DNA of 64,000 nt from the IMG/VR virus record IMGVR_UViG_3300030085_002155. One strand, given 5' to 3'. The stretch is from an uncultured virus (IMG/VR IMGVR_UViG_3300030085_002155). Its lineage: Duplodnaviria; Heunggongvirae; Uroviricota; Caudoviricetes. A program made the position numbers and the translations under genes. Below are positions 26,601 to 36,368 of this stretch, one piece after another (the stretch's first letter is position 1; each line of letters begins with the position of its first letter). The notes below the pieces were generated by a model, which saw nothing but the letters and a program-made list of their open reading frames with translations, was not told the DNA's origin and did not search any database.

Positions 26601-29600
26601 ACCTCTGATTACATCGACATCAGACCCAGACTGAGTGATTATAATACTTCGTCCACAACTTCTCCCTTTGAATTTAATAGTAGATCTTTTGTTGGAGATG
26701 CACAAGCACCAACCAACATCATCGTATCAGATGAAAATCTTCTGGTAAATTACACATATTATCTCGGTAGAATCGATAAAGTCTACATGGGTAGAAATGG
26801 CGTAGTTCAAATATCCAGAGGAACGCCATCTCTGAATCCTCTGCCACCAGCTGGTGTCAGTGATTCTCTTGAAATTGCAACGGTTACTATTCCACCATAC
26901 GTTTATGATATCAATGATATCAAGGTAGAGGCTACCCAACATAAACGTTATACCATGAGAGACATTGGTAAACTTGAAAAGAGAATTACCAATCTTGAGT
27001 ATTATACTGCCTTATCTTTATTAGAACAGGAAACATCTTCCTTACAAATTAAAGATGCTCAAGGTCTCGATAGATTTAAGAATGGTTTCTTTGTAGATAA
27101 TTTTGGAGATCATACTGGACAAAACTTAGATGCTCCAGATTCTAGATGTGCAATTGATCCGTTTAGAAACACATTAAGACCCACTCACTACACGACTCAA
27201 CTTGATCTAGAAATTGCCACTAGAAACACTGGAACAGCTGTATATGATATTGATGATCCAGATCTGGAACTTCTGGATACGAACACCAGAAAGACTGGTG
27301 ATATTGTAACTCTTGATTATCAATTAAGAGAATATTTTAAAAATCCATATGCAACCAGAGTTGAATCAGTAACACCTTTCCTTATCACACAATATTTTGG
27401 AACGGTGAAACTTACTCCAGCTTCCGATCTTTGGGTCGATCAAAAACGTGTTAAGACCACTAAGATTGAAGTTGAAGGTGATTATTCTGCGACTATCAAA
27501 AAGTTAGGAATTAACGAACAGACTGGTTTAGGAGAAATTACCTGGGGATCTTGGCAAGAAACCATTACTGGTAGAACTGAAGAGGAGAATCAAACATCCA
27601 CAGAAACTTTAAGTGGAACTGCTCCAGGTGGTGCCGATTCCAATCCAAATAACAATACATTTGTAAACTATGGTGGAACTGGTAGTTATACCAAAACTAA
27701 GAACTTCACTAAAGTAACCGAAACCGGAACGAAAAAGAGAAGTGGTGTTGCTAATCAAGTCAACGTTAAGATTGATACGGTAAGTCTTGGATCAGTTGTT
27801 CTCAACACTGAAATAATTCAGTATATGAGATCCAGAAACATTCAGATGATTGGTCAGAACATGAGACCAAATACTGTATGTTACACCTTCTTTGATAAGA
27901 AATCCGTCACCAGATTCACTACACCAAAACTCATTGAAATTGAAATGACTTCGGGAACTTTCTTCCCCGGAGAGACTGTTATTGGCATGTTACCTGGTCA
28001 GATGACTTCCTCGCCAGTCAACCCAGCAAAAGATGAAAATGCATCTACAGCTTTTAAAGTTAGAATCTGTAGATTGAATCATAGAACTGGTCCTATCTTG
28101 GATCCCAGCAATTTCTATGGATCCAACCCATATAACAAATCCGAACAAGTACCTGAAGATTATTCAACAGTAAGTAAGTTTTTAAATATTGATACTGGAT
28201 CCCTGGCAAAAGAAGCTCAAGGTAACTTCTTTGGATATGCAGCAATTGGAATGATTCTGCGAGGAGAGACTAGTGGTGCTATCGCTAAAGTAACTAATCT
28301 AAGATTGGTTACCGATGAATCGGGCGAAGTTAGAGGATCTGTCTTCATTCCTAACCCCAACGGAATTGGAAATCCATCCTTTACCACCGGTAAGAAGACA
28401 TTTGAAATTTCCAGTGATCCAAATGGATTCAATCCACCATCTTCTCTGGTGACCTCTGCAAAGGTAAGTTTTGAATCTGCGGGCACACTGGAAAATAGAG
28501 AAGAAAGACTGAAATTGATTAGAAATGCTCTGATTACTCAGAAGGCCTTCGTTGATCAAGAAACTTTCTCTAGAAACTTTGAGACAGATGTACAACTTTC
28601 TTACGATCAAACCGTAGTTGTAAGACCAAAACCAAATACTAGTGGATGTAGTAGTAGACAGATTGCTTTTGCAGTTGCAATTACTGCTGGTTACAGTTCT
28701 TACACCGCATATCATAGAGCTGTTCCACATAGTGCATACGATTTATCTTTCCTGATCAATCAACCAGGTGCAGAAAATTGCAGAACTACTGGTAATGAGA
28801 GTCGCGGTCGTCGTGGTGGGCGCCGAAGCGGTGGTCGTCGTCGCTACGGCCGCAGACGCGGTGGTCGGAGTCGCGGCGGTTCAAGTACAAGAGCATTGGC
28901 AACACAAGTTGCAGCCCAGTATGGATATAGCAGCTACACTGCATATCATAGAGCAGTTAATCACAGTGCATATGATAGGAATTTCCTGGAGAACCAATTA
29001 AGAGGTGGTGGTGGAGGCCGTAGTGGTCGTTCTGGTGGTGGTAGATCTGGTGGTAGTCGTTCTGGAGGTGGTAGTAACAACAGTTCTGCACCAAGAGCAA
29101 TGGCAGCTGCCGTTGCAAAAGCCGCAGGATATAGTTCCTACACCGCATATCATAGAGCTAATCCCCATAGAGCGTATGATACCAACTTCCTTAAAGGTAA
29201 GTGTGGATACAGTGGAAATGATCCATTGGCACAATCTTTCATTGTTGAAGAGGAAAATGGAGTACATCTCACCGCCGTCGATGTCTATTTCCAGTCGGTA
29301 GATGACAATGGAGTTCCGGTAAGATGTGAGATTCGTACTCTTGAAGGTGGACTTCCTTCAGAGACGATTTTACCATTCTCTCAGATTACACTGACTCCGG
29401 ATCAAATTGATGTTTCTAATGACGCAACTGTTCCAACCACATTCAACTTTGAAGCTCCAGTTGCTTTAGAGTCTGGTGAAGAATATTGTTTCGTTCTTTT
29501 ATCTAACTCCACCAAATATGGTGTTTGGATTTCCAGAATGGGTGAAATTGACCTTACTGGTAGTTTGTCTGAAGAACCAAATAATAACACCAATAGAACA

Positions 29601-31697
29601 GTTGTTGCTCAACAACCTCTGTTAGGTTCTCTGTATAAGTCTCAGAACGCTTCTACTTGGACTCCAAGTCAGTTAGAAGATCTTAAGATGACTGCATATA
29701 AAGCAGAGTATGCAACTAACTCACCAGCAATCGTTACCTTCTATAGTCCAGAACTTGGTAGTGGTAATGATCAAATTGCTGTTCTTAAGAACAACCCAAT
29801 CGAAGTACTCTCCAAGAGAGCAACAGTTGGTCTTGGAAGCACACTCTCTGCTTTCCAAGAGTCTGTAATTGGTGCGGGAACTAGTATCAGTCAACTTGGT
29901 AGTGATGGTTATGGAATCGTAGTTGAAGTGAATGGTGCTATTAGACAGGCTTCTAATAGTATAAACATTGTAAACGCAGGTGTTGGTTATACTCCAGCAA
30001 CTGGACACTTCACATTCGCCGGAGTCGCTCTGACAAGTATTACTGGAGATGGTAATGGCGCTGAGGCAACAATCGGTGTTGTTAATGGTGGTATTACTAC
30101 GGTCACAGTCACTAAGGGTGGAACAAACTACTCCGTTGGTGACGTATTGGGTATCGGCACTATAGGTCTTGGACTTGGTAGAAATGGCAAACTTTCCGTT
30201 GGTATCATCAGTGCGTTCGAGAGTTTAGTGATCGATCAAATTCAAGGTGAGTTTAGTGTTGGAGCTGCATCCACTCTATCCTATGAAGTTTCTGCTGGTA
30301 TTGGAAGCACGTTGGCTGGAATTAACATCAATAGAATTGACATTGACACAACTAAAAATGGAACTCAATTCAAGGTAAGTCACAGAAATCATTGTATGCA
30401 TTCTGATAAGAACTACGTCATTATCGACAATGTTCAATCTGATGTAAGACCAACCAACATTCTTTCAGATATTAATGCAACTACAACAGCAAATATTGCT
30501 GTTACTAATGCTTCCGAATTCTCTCACTTTGAAAATGTTGGAGTTGCTGCTAGTAACCCAGGATATGCTTTAATTGACGGAGAACTTATCTCCTACACAG
30601 GTGTATCTGGAAATACTCTCACGGGAATCACCTCCAGAGGTGTCGATTCTACGAGAGCCATACAACACCCCGCCGGATCAGAAATCGTTAAGTACGAACT
30701 CTCTGGCGTGTCTCTGAGAAGGATTAACAAACAACATTACTTCTTCAGTCCAACGATTACTGCACCTAGAGCAAGAGATCTTGATTATTATTACATTAAC
30801 GTTGGCATGAACACCAATGGTACAGACAGATCTTCCGCAAGTAGTTTCCCAGAACTTTACTTTAACGAAACTAAGTCCAGTGGTGGATCAAAAGCGACTG
30901 CAACACAAAACATTCAGTTTGAGGCCATAACGCCAAACATTGGTTTGATTGCTCCAAAAGACACTAACGTCAGCGCAACTGTAAGAACCATTAGTGGATC
31001 TAGTGTTGATGGTATTGAAGTTGATTTTGTTGATCAGGGATACTCACCAGTAACTGTTGGTCAACCTAATTATTTCATCAATCCTAGATTGGTTGGATCT
31101 AGAGTTAATGAAACAAATTACAACTCTGCACTGCCACAGAACAGATCTATGGTTCTCGAATTACTTCTTGAAACTCTAGATCCTAACATCTCTCCAATGA
31201 TTGACCTGGATAGAGTCAGTGCTATCTTGACCAGCAATAGAGTTAATGCTCCAATTACTGATTTTGCTGGAGATGGAAGAGTAAATCAAACCATCGGTGA
31301 TCCACACCAGGCGGTATACATTTCCAAGAAAATTGTATTGGAGAATCCATCTACTGCTATCAAAGTCCTTGCGGCAATCAACAAACCACAAGGTTCCGAT
31401 GTCAGAGTTCTTTACAGAACTTTCCAAGGTGAAGATTTCGATCTTGAAAGTGGATACACTCTGTTCCCAGGACATAGTAATGTTGATGATTTTGGCAACG
31501 TTATCAACGTTGCGGATAATGACGGATCTTCAAACAGATTGGTAGATGCCACAGAATATAATGAATTCCGTGATCATGAATTTATGGTCAGTGACATTGA
31601 GCCATTTACCGCTTTTGATATCAAGATTATTATGTCCTCCACCAACCAATCTCTACCACCCAAACTCAAAGATCTGAGACTCATTGCTCTTGCATAA
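23604..31697 (+). CDS. VrlC-like / DUF4815 virion structural protein (2697 aa)
   Basis: NLNVAPYYDDFD...FKPGQPVQARELT, APGADRL, RRTYDESG, RYTMRDIGKLEKRI, DRFKNGFFVDNF, DPLAQSF. Confidence 0.88.
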   Translation: MAQETNLNVAPYYDDFDPAKDYHKILFKPGQPVQARELTGLQSILQNQVSKFGEHFFKEGSSVIPGQLSYFSNFYCIQVEENFLGVPISLYLDNLVGKVLTGETSGVEAEVKKVIRSNESENNNTTLYLSYVGSGTQSNESISFLDGENLLTKTVVPYGNTNIGVGQGVARTISEDASQIGSAMGITEGTYFIRGYFVRVAEQMILLDQYGTLPSYRVGLDIIESIVNSDIDSQLVDNAAGFSNYAAPGADRLEIKAILSKRELDDTDDISFVELSRVENGQLKTFTERSDYNTFSQELARRTYDESGDYYIKPFKVNVLDSLDNKEGNSGLYEETETTEDGYIPSRDLMVYDVSSGKAYIKGYEVELISNTLVDVAKPRTFDGAEENISLKLGTKVEVNRTFGSAGVGIATTAFVTLRDQRIGAGHSLASGQEVGVARVYDYNLEDEYVDDTSTSSLRLFDIQYHTQVQVNENFTSLSKSSFVEGQSSSATGFVNVDVTSGKNFTLSQVKGKFIVGERLIIDGVANRRIVAFTTSFDSSSVKSIHQEVGAGKTFNGDVVLDNRHAIGKPITIGAHTANASTITATKGTFSGISTTGSILVYNRVGVNSEAFARITSISSDGSQATVAGITTVVGVCEGGLPTSQTEVSNASIAHGNFISDNDGSFLIPLKRNNIAGINLRDTTIAIRKQYKNLTVSGSTLTSPSLEENFFYLAFDEERYTITYEDGSIEPLTSDQFNLDSSTGLITFRNLSKASATNVTLTTTQNKLDVTPKIKRRQNAGILTINRSKYAESGSSATGVGVKDNGLTYSSVYGTRVEDKEISLNTVDVKNVLAIFESFDTSDPELPTLTVSSITSPNSTSSDFIIGERIIGSQSRAVGRVILAPSGSSINFVTLNDISFIPGETIESGDSGINATVSAVTKGSVRISDNYTFDNGQRAEYYDYSRIIRKENATEPTRRLTIVYQSCYIESTDTGEIITANSYGGDSYSEDVALFDGRRTSDYIDIRPRLSDYNTSSTTSPFEFNSRSFVGDAQAPTNIIVSDENLLVNYTYYLGRIDKVYMGRNGVVQISRGTPSLNPLPPAGVSDSLEIATVTIPPYVYDINDIKVEATQHKRYTMRDIGKLEKRITNLEYYTALSLLEQETSSLQIKDAQGLDRFKNGFFVDNFGDHTGQNLDAPDSRCAIDPFRNTLRPTHYTTQLDLEIATRNTGTAVYDIDDPDLELLDTNTRKTGDIVTLDYQLREYFKNPYATRVESVTPFLITQYFGTVKLTPASDLWVDQKRVKTTKIEVEGDYSATIKKLGINEQTGLGEITWGSWQETITGRTEEENQTSTETLSGTAPGGADSNPNNNTFVNYGGTGSYTKTKNFTKVTETGTKKRSGVANQVNVKIDTVSLGSVVLNTEIIQYMRSRNIQMIGQNMRPNTVCYTFFDKKSVTRFTTPKLIEIEMTSGTFFPGETVIGMLPGQMTSSPVNPAKDENASTAFKVRICRLNHRTGPILDPSNFYGSNPYNKSEQVPEDYSTVSKFLNIDTGSLAKEAQGNFFGYAAIGMILRGETSGAIAKVTNLRLVTDESGEVRGSVFIPNPNGIGNPSFTTGKKTFEISSDPNGFNPPSSLVTSAKVSFESAGTLENREERLKLIRNALITQKAFVDQETFSRNFETDVQLSYDQTVVVRPKPNTSGCSSRQIAFAVAITAGYSSYTAYHRAVPHSAYDLSFLINQPGAENCRTTGNESRGRRGGRRSGGRRRYGRRRGGRSRGGSSTRALATQVAAQYGYSSYTAYHRAVNHSAYDRNFLENQLRGGGGGRSGRSGGGRSGGSRSGGGSNNSSAPRAMAAAVAKAAGYSSYTAYHRANPHRAYDTNFLKGKCGYSGNDPLAQSFIVEEENGVHLTAVDVYFQSVDDNGVPVRCEIRTLEGGLPSETILPFSQITLTPDQIDVSNDATVPTTFNFEAPVALESGEEYCFVLLSNSTKYGVWISRMGEIDLTGSLSEEPNNNTNRTVVAQQPLLGSLYKSQNASTWTPSQLEDLKMTAYKAEYATNSPAIVTFYSPELGSGNDQIAVLKNNPIEVLSKRATVGLGSTLSAFQESVIGAGTSISQLGSDGYGIVVEVNGAIRQASNSINIVNAGVGYTPATGHFTFAGVALTSITGDGNGAEATIGVVNGGITTVTVTKGGTNYSVGDVLGIGTIGLGLGRNGKLSVGIISAFESLVIDQIQGEFSVGAASTLSYEVSAGIGSTLAGININRIDIDTTKNGTQFKVSHRNHCMHSDKNYVIIDNVQSDVRPTNILSDINATTTANIAVTNASEFSHFENVGVAASNPGYALIDGELISYTGVSGNTLTGITSRGVDSTRAIQHPAGSEIVKYELSGVSLRRINKQHYFFSPTITAPRARDLDYYYINVGMNTNGTDRSSASSFPELYFNETKSSGGSKATATQNIQFEAITPNIGLIAPKDTNVSATVRTISGSSVDGIEVDFVDQGYSPVTVGQPNYFINPRLVGSRVNETNYNSALPQNRSMVLELLLETLDPNISPMIDLDRVSAILTSNRVNAPITDFAGDGRVNQTIGDPHQAVYISKKIVLENPSTAIKVLAAINKPQGSDVRVLYRTFQGEDFDLESGYTLFPGHSNVDDFGNVINVADNDGSSNRLVDATEYNEFRDHEFMVSDIEPFTAFDIKIIMSSTNQSLPPKLKDLRLIALA
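28689..29200 (+). repeat. Three intragenic copies of GYSSYTAYHRAxxHxAYDxxFL separated by Arg/Gly-rich linkers
   Basis: Copies start at 28689, 28923 and 29127; DNA core TACACYGCATATCATAGAGC is conserved. Confidence 0.9.
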
Positions 31698-31698
31698 T

Positions 31699-31923
31699 AT
31701 GAAATACCTTAAGGTTGAAGGAAATCCCGACCTTTGTCGGGATACAAAATCCAAGGCCGTTGTTAACACAAATACATCGGCCTATACTGCATATATGAAT
31801 AGAATGAACAAATTGAAAGATGATGAAGAGAGGAAAGAAAACGTTGATAGATCTCTATCTGAGTTGAGATCTGATATTGATGAAATCAAAAGTTTACTGG
31901 TTGAATTAATTAAAAATAAATAG
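31699..31923 (+). CDS. Conserved cyanophage hypothetical protein
   Basis: MKYLKVEGNPDLCRD..SKAVVN...LRSDIDEIKSLL; usual gene before gp13. Confidence 0.8.
   Translation: MKYLKVEGNPDLCRDTKSKAVVNTNTSAYTAYMNRMNKLKDDEERKENVDRSLSELRSDIDEIKSLLVELIKNK
31916..31922 (+). promoter_or_regulatory. Late promoter
   Basis: ATAAATA followed by AAGGAG RBS before gp13. Confidence 0.65.
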
Positions 31924-31944
31924 AGTCAAGGAGACTAATTTAAG

Positions 31945-32787
31945 ATGGCGCAACCCTCATCCAGATCAGAATTAATAACTTACGTTAAGAGAAGGCTAGG
32001 TGCGCCTGTTTTAGAAATCAACGTAGCTGATGAACAGATAGAAGATATTATTGATGATGCCGTTCAGTTTTATCAAGAAAGACATTCTGACGGTGTGATA
32101 CAGACTTATATGAAATATAAGATCACGCAAGACGATATTGATAGGGGTAGAGCAGGTGGTTCCGGTGGGGTTGGGATTGCGAGTACAAGTGCCACGGAAT
32201 CTATAGCCGGTAGCAATGTAACTTTCACTTGGTATGAAAATAGTAACTTTATAAAAGTTCCAAATTCAATTATTGGAATTAATAAGTTGTTCAGACTGAA
32301 TGGATCTTCCACGATTGGATCTAGTCTTTTCAACATTAAGTATCAAATATTCTTGAATGACATTTATTATTTCGACTCCATGGAGTTGTTAACATATGAC
32401 ATGGTTAAAAGTAAGATGGAAGATATTGACTTCCTTCTCAACCCATTAAAACAAATTAGATTTAATCAGAGGCAAGATCGATTATATATCGACATGGACT
32501 GGACTGAGGTCTCGGTTGATGATTATATAATTATTGATTGCTACAGAGCATTAGATCCAAGTTCATTTTCTCAAGTTTGGAACGATTCGTTCCTCAAACA
32601 ATATGTTGCAGCTTTAGTCAAAAAACAATGGGGACAGAACCTCATCAAGTTCCAGGGAGTTAAGTTGCCTGGTGGAGTGGAGTTGAACGGTAGACAAATA
32701 TATGATGACGGAGAAAAAGAATTGAGGGAACTCATGGATAAGATGAGTAGTTATTATGAACTTCCACCCCTCGATATGATAGGTTGA
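31945..32787 (+). CDS. gp13: Neck protein gp13
   Basis: PSSRSELITYVKRRLGAPVLEINV, KKQWGQNLIKF.GVKLPGGVELNG. Confidence 0.93.
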   Translation: MAQPSSRSELITYVKRRLGAPVLEINVADEQIEDIIDDAVQFYQERHSDGVIQTYMKYKITQDDIDRGRAGGSGGVGIASTSATESIAGSNVTFTWYENSNFIKVPNSIIGINKLFRLNGSSTIGSSLFNIKYQIFLNDIYYFDSMELLTYDMVKSKMEDIDFLLNPLKQIRFNQRQDRLYIDMDWTEVSVDDYIIIDCYRALDPSSFSQVWNDSFLKQYVAALVKKQWGQNLIKFQGVKLPGGVELNGRQIYDDGEKELRELMDKMSSYYELPPLDMIG

Positions 32788-32791
32788 TATC

Positions 32792-35281
32792 ATGACGTTA
32801 AATTCATATTTCTTACAGGGTTCTGCCACCGAACAAGGTCTTATTCAGGACCTGATAAATGAGCAGTTAAAGATTTATGGTGTGGAAGTTTATTATATTC
32901 CAAGAATATATGCGACCGAAAATACTGTGATGAGAGAGGTCATTGAATCTCAATTCAATGATGCATATCCCATAGAGGCATACGTTGAGACATATCAGGG
33001 ATATGATGGCGCTGGAGATGTGTTCACTAAGTTTGGATTGTCGATACAAGATGACTTAACATTAACCATATCAAGAGAAAGATATGAAAATTATATCAAA
33101 CCCTTAATTGAAAACAAATCGAATGTTAAACTAGCATCTAGACCCAAAGAGGGGGATCTTATTTATTTTCCACTTGGGGACCGATTATTTGAAATTAAAT
33201 TTGTAGAACATGAAGATCCGTTTTATCAACTACAGAAAAACTATGTTTACAAACTGAAGTGTGAACTCTTCAGATATGAAGATGAGACAATCAATACTGG
33301 CGTTGATGAAATTGATGATGAAATTAAAGAAGTTGGTTATATTGAAAGATTGACCATGGTAAGTAGTGGAACTACGGCTACTGCCGTTTCTACGTTTATA
33401 AACGGTGGAGTTCAATACATCACCATGACTGATGGTGGGTATGGATATGCTCAACCACCAACGGTAACATTCTCGTCTCCTGGTTCAGGAACAACTGCAA
33501 CTGGTTTTGCAATATTAGATGGGGGATCAGTAGACGCTGTAAGAATAACTAATCCTGGTTCAGGATATACGTTCTCGCCAGCAATCAAATTTTCCGCTAT
33601 TAATGATATTGGAGTTGGTGCTGGTGCCACAGTTGGTATTGCAACAACGGGAACCGTTGGGGTTGTCACTGTTACCAGTGGAGGAACTAATTATGGATTT
33701 ACTCCAACAGTAACATTCTCCAATCCAAAACATGTTGGTGCAGCAGCCACTGCTGTTTTAGATTCTCCTTTGGTAAGTACTGGAGTTAGTGTCACATCCG
33801 CTCCGATAAGCACAGGTGCATCTTCTTATCTATTCCCAGGAGGAACAACTGGTGGTGTGTTCTATGCTACTCCACCAACAGTTACATTCTCTTTACCAAC
33901 GGGAACTGGGAACGCTGCAGAAGCTGTTGCAACTCTCGCTGATTACAGCACAACTGGAGGAAGAATAAACACTCTTGGATTAACGACGGGAGGTAAGTTC
34001 TACACTAGTGCCCCAACAGTTACGATTGCTCACCCAGGAACAGTCGCCGCAGCTGCAACAATTGGCATTGCTGGTTCTTCTATCAATCCAAGTTCTGTTG
34101 CATTTAGCACCACTGGTAGGGCATATACGTCAGCTCCAACAGTTGCTATAACAACTACATCTGGCCAGGACGCTCCACTTCAAGTTGCTGTTGGTATTGC
34201 AACGATTAACACAATTACCGGTATAGTCACAGCAGTTGGATTTAACAGCACCACAGACGCATGGTGTGTTGGTTCTGCAGCAACCATTGGTAGTGGTTAT
34301 ACAGCAGCACCCGCAATATCCTTTAGTGGAGGTCCATCTCCAGTACGAGCAACAGCTACTGTAACAGTTTCTGCAGCAGGAACAGTTAGTAGTATTAGTA
34401 TTGGCAATAGTGGATTTGGATATGTTTCTGTTCCAACTGTTACTATTGCGGCTCCAGGCGGAGCAAATGAGGCATTCAGAGCTCTTGGTATTGCCACACT
34501 CAGAACCGCATCTATTCGCACTACAGGAACTATTGGTATAGGGTCTACTAATATCACTGGAATTACCACAACAAATATTATCGTTGGTGATAGAGTAAGA
34601 CTTGGTATTGGATACAGTGACACCTATAACTTTATACCGAATGATACGTTTGTCACATCTATTGGTTCTAGTACAGTCTTCGTTAATAATGCTGCAACCA
34701 ATGTTGGAATTGCTACATCTGTATTTGAATTTGGTATTGATCAATGTGGTATTGTCACAGGTATTGCAGTTACATTTGGAGGTGGTGGATACTTAGAACC
34801 ACCGACAGTTTCCATCTCCAACACAGTGGGAGAAAAGAATTATATTACTCAAGTCGCTGGTGTCTCAGCTGCTACTGGTATTGCTACCATGAATACAGCA
34901 GGAGTGGTAACTAGTATACACATAACCAATGCAGGAAATAGTTACATACTTCCACCCGAAATCACATTACAGGGACCAACCACAGCGTCTGGTGGAACTT
35001 ATGTTTATAACGAAACTCTTACCGGTGGTTCATCGGGTGTTACGGCAAATGTAAAAGATTGGGATGCTACGACTGGAATTCTTAAAGTTGGCATCAGCAC
35101 AGGAATCTTTACAATTGGAGAATCCATTACCGGCGGAACTTCTGGTGCCGTATATGTCTTGAAATCTAAGACGGCAGACGATCAAGATGTTGATGATGTG
35201 TTTGCACAAAACCTAACCATAGAATCTGCCGCAGATGGTATTTTGGACTTCACCGAACGCAATCCTTTCGGAGAGATCTAA
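32792..35281 (+). CDS. gp14: Neck protein gp14 with large internal beta-repeat insertion (829 aa)
   Basis: EQGLIQDLINEQLKIYG, RPKEGDLIYFP, LFEIKFVEHE.PFYQL at N-terminus; ILDFTERNPFGE at C-terminus. Confidence 0.9.
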   Translation: MTLNSYFLQGSATEQGLIQDLINEQLKIYGVEVYYIPRIYATENTVMREVIESQFNDAYPIEAYVETYQGYDGAGDVFTKFGLSIQDDLTLTISRERYENYIKPLIENKSNVKLASRPKEGDLIYFPLGDRLFEIKFVEHEDPFYQLQKNYVYKLKCELFRYEDETINTGVDEIDDEIKEVGYIERLTMVSSGTTATAVSTFINGGVQYITMTDGGYGYAQPPTVTFSSPGSGTTATGFAILDGGSVDAVRITNPGSGYTFSPAIKFSAINDIGVGAGATVGIATTGTVGVVTVTSGGTNYGFTPTVTFSNPKHVGAAATAVLDSPLVSTGVSVTSAPISTGASSYLFPGGTTGGVFYATPPTVTFSLPTGTGNAAEAVATLADYSTTGGRINTLGLTTGGKFYTSAPTVTIAHPGTVAAAATIGIAGSSINPSSVAFSTTGRAYTSAPTVAITTTSGQDAPLQVAVGIATINTITGIVTAVGFNSTTDAWCVGSAATIGSGYTAAPAISFSGGPSPVRATATVTVSAAGTVSSISIGNSGFGYVSVPTVTIAAPGGANEAFRALGIATLRTASIRTTGTIGIGSTNITGITTTNIIVGDRVRLGIGYSDTYNFIPNDTFVTSIGSSTVFVNNAATNVGIATSVFEFGIDQCGIVTGIAVTFGGGGYLEPPTVSISNTVGEKNYITQVAGVSAATGIATMNTAGVVTSIHITNAGNSYILPPEITLQGPTTASGGTYVYNETLTGGSSGVTANVKDWDATTGILKVGISTGIFTIGESITGGTSGAVYVLKSKTADDQDVDDVFAQNLTIESAADGILDFTERNPFGEI

Positions 35282-35284
35282 ATA
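35278..35284 (+). promoter_or_regulatory. Late promoter
   Basis: CTAAATA before gp15. Confidence 0.6.
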
Positions 35285-35309
35285 ATAGTTATAGGAAACT
35301 TTTAGACCA

Positions 35310-36368
35310 GTGTTTGAATACTTTTACCACCAAATTTTACGAAAGACCGTAATTGGATTCGGTACGTTGTTTAACAACATCGAAATTCGTAAGATCGGTT
35401 CCGACAACAACGTTTTCAGTAGAATGAAAGTTCCGCTGGCGTATGGTCCTACTCAAAAGTTTCTTGCTAGAATTGAACAACAGGATGGTGATCTAAACAA
35501 ATCGACTCAGATCACGTTGCCAAGAATTTCTTTTGAAATGACTGGTATTGATTATTCTCCAAGAAGAAAAACTTCAACAACTCAAACTTTCAAAACTAGA
35601 CCTGTTGATTCAAAGGCATCTAGTAGAAAAGTTTATATGCCAGTTCCGTATGACGTTAAGTTTGAACTTTCCGTTATGGCAAAAACTAATGAAGACGCAT
35701 TACAAATCGTAGAACAAATATTACCATATTTTCAACCACATTTTACTATGACCGTTAATTTGGTCAAAGAGATTGGGGAGAAAAGAGATATCCCAGTAAT
35801 CCTTGATAGCATCAATATGCAAGATGACTATGAAGGTAATTTTGATACAAGAAGGACAATGGTATATACCATGAACTTCACGGCACAAACATATCTGTTT
35901 GGTCCAGTTCCACAGGATTCCGATGGTGTCATCAAACGTGCTACTATCGATTACATGACTGGTGGAGACGTTAGAAGTCCAAGAAGAGAGATGCGTTACA
36001 GTGTTACTCCTAGAGCAACACAAGATTACAACGATGATGCTACCACTACTCTCAGTGAGGACATTTCTCCAGACACTGCAACTGTCAAAGTTGCAGATGC
36101 TTCTTCTATCTCGGTCAGAACATACATATCTATTGGAACCGAAGAATTCTTCGTCAAATCTAAATCTGGCAATACTCTGAAAGTTCTTCGTGGACAAGAT
36201 GGGACTGCCAAACAACCACACCTCTCTGGAGATGCTGTCAATCTGCTCACCGAGGCTGATGATGCTCTCATTGAAATTGGAGATGATTTTGGATTTAACG
36301 AAACCACTTCGTTCTTCCAAGACTTTAAACAGTATAGTCCTTCACAGAATGCCGACATTGATCCATGA
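35310..36368 (+). CDS. gp15: Tail sheath stabiliser / tail terminator gp15
   Basis: FYHQILRKTVIGFGTLFNNI, KVPLAYGP.QKFL, LPRISFE, QIVEQILPYFQP. Confidence 0.93.
   Translation: MFEYFYHQILRKTVIGFGTLFNNIEIRKIGSDNNVFSRMKVPLAYGPTQKFLARIEQQDGDLNKSTQITLPRISFEMTGIDYSPRRKTSTTQTFKTRPVDSKASSRKVYMPVPYDVKFELSVMAKTNEDALQIVEQILPYFQPHFTMTVNLVKEIGEKRDIPVILDSINMQDDYEGNFDTRRTMVYTMNFTAQTYLFGPVPQDSDGVIKRATIDYMTGGDVRSPRREMRYSVTPRATQDYNDDATTTLSEDISPDTATVKVADASSISVRTYISIGTEEFFVKSKSGNTLKVLRGQDGTAKQPHLSGDAVNLLTEADDALIEIGDDFGFNETTSFFQDFKQYSPSQNADIDP

Noticed and set aside
28689..29200. Possible DGR template/variable repeat or CRISPR-like array
   Set aside because: Repeats are in-frame coding units, differences are not adenine-specific, and no reverse transcriptase or cas gene is in the window
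34130..34744. Cys/Asn-rich minus-strand ORFs within gp14 and other structural genes
   Set aside because: Reverse-complement artefacts of Thr/Ala/Val/Gly-rich coding sequence
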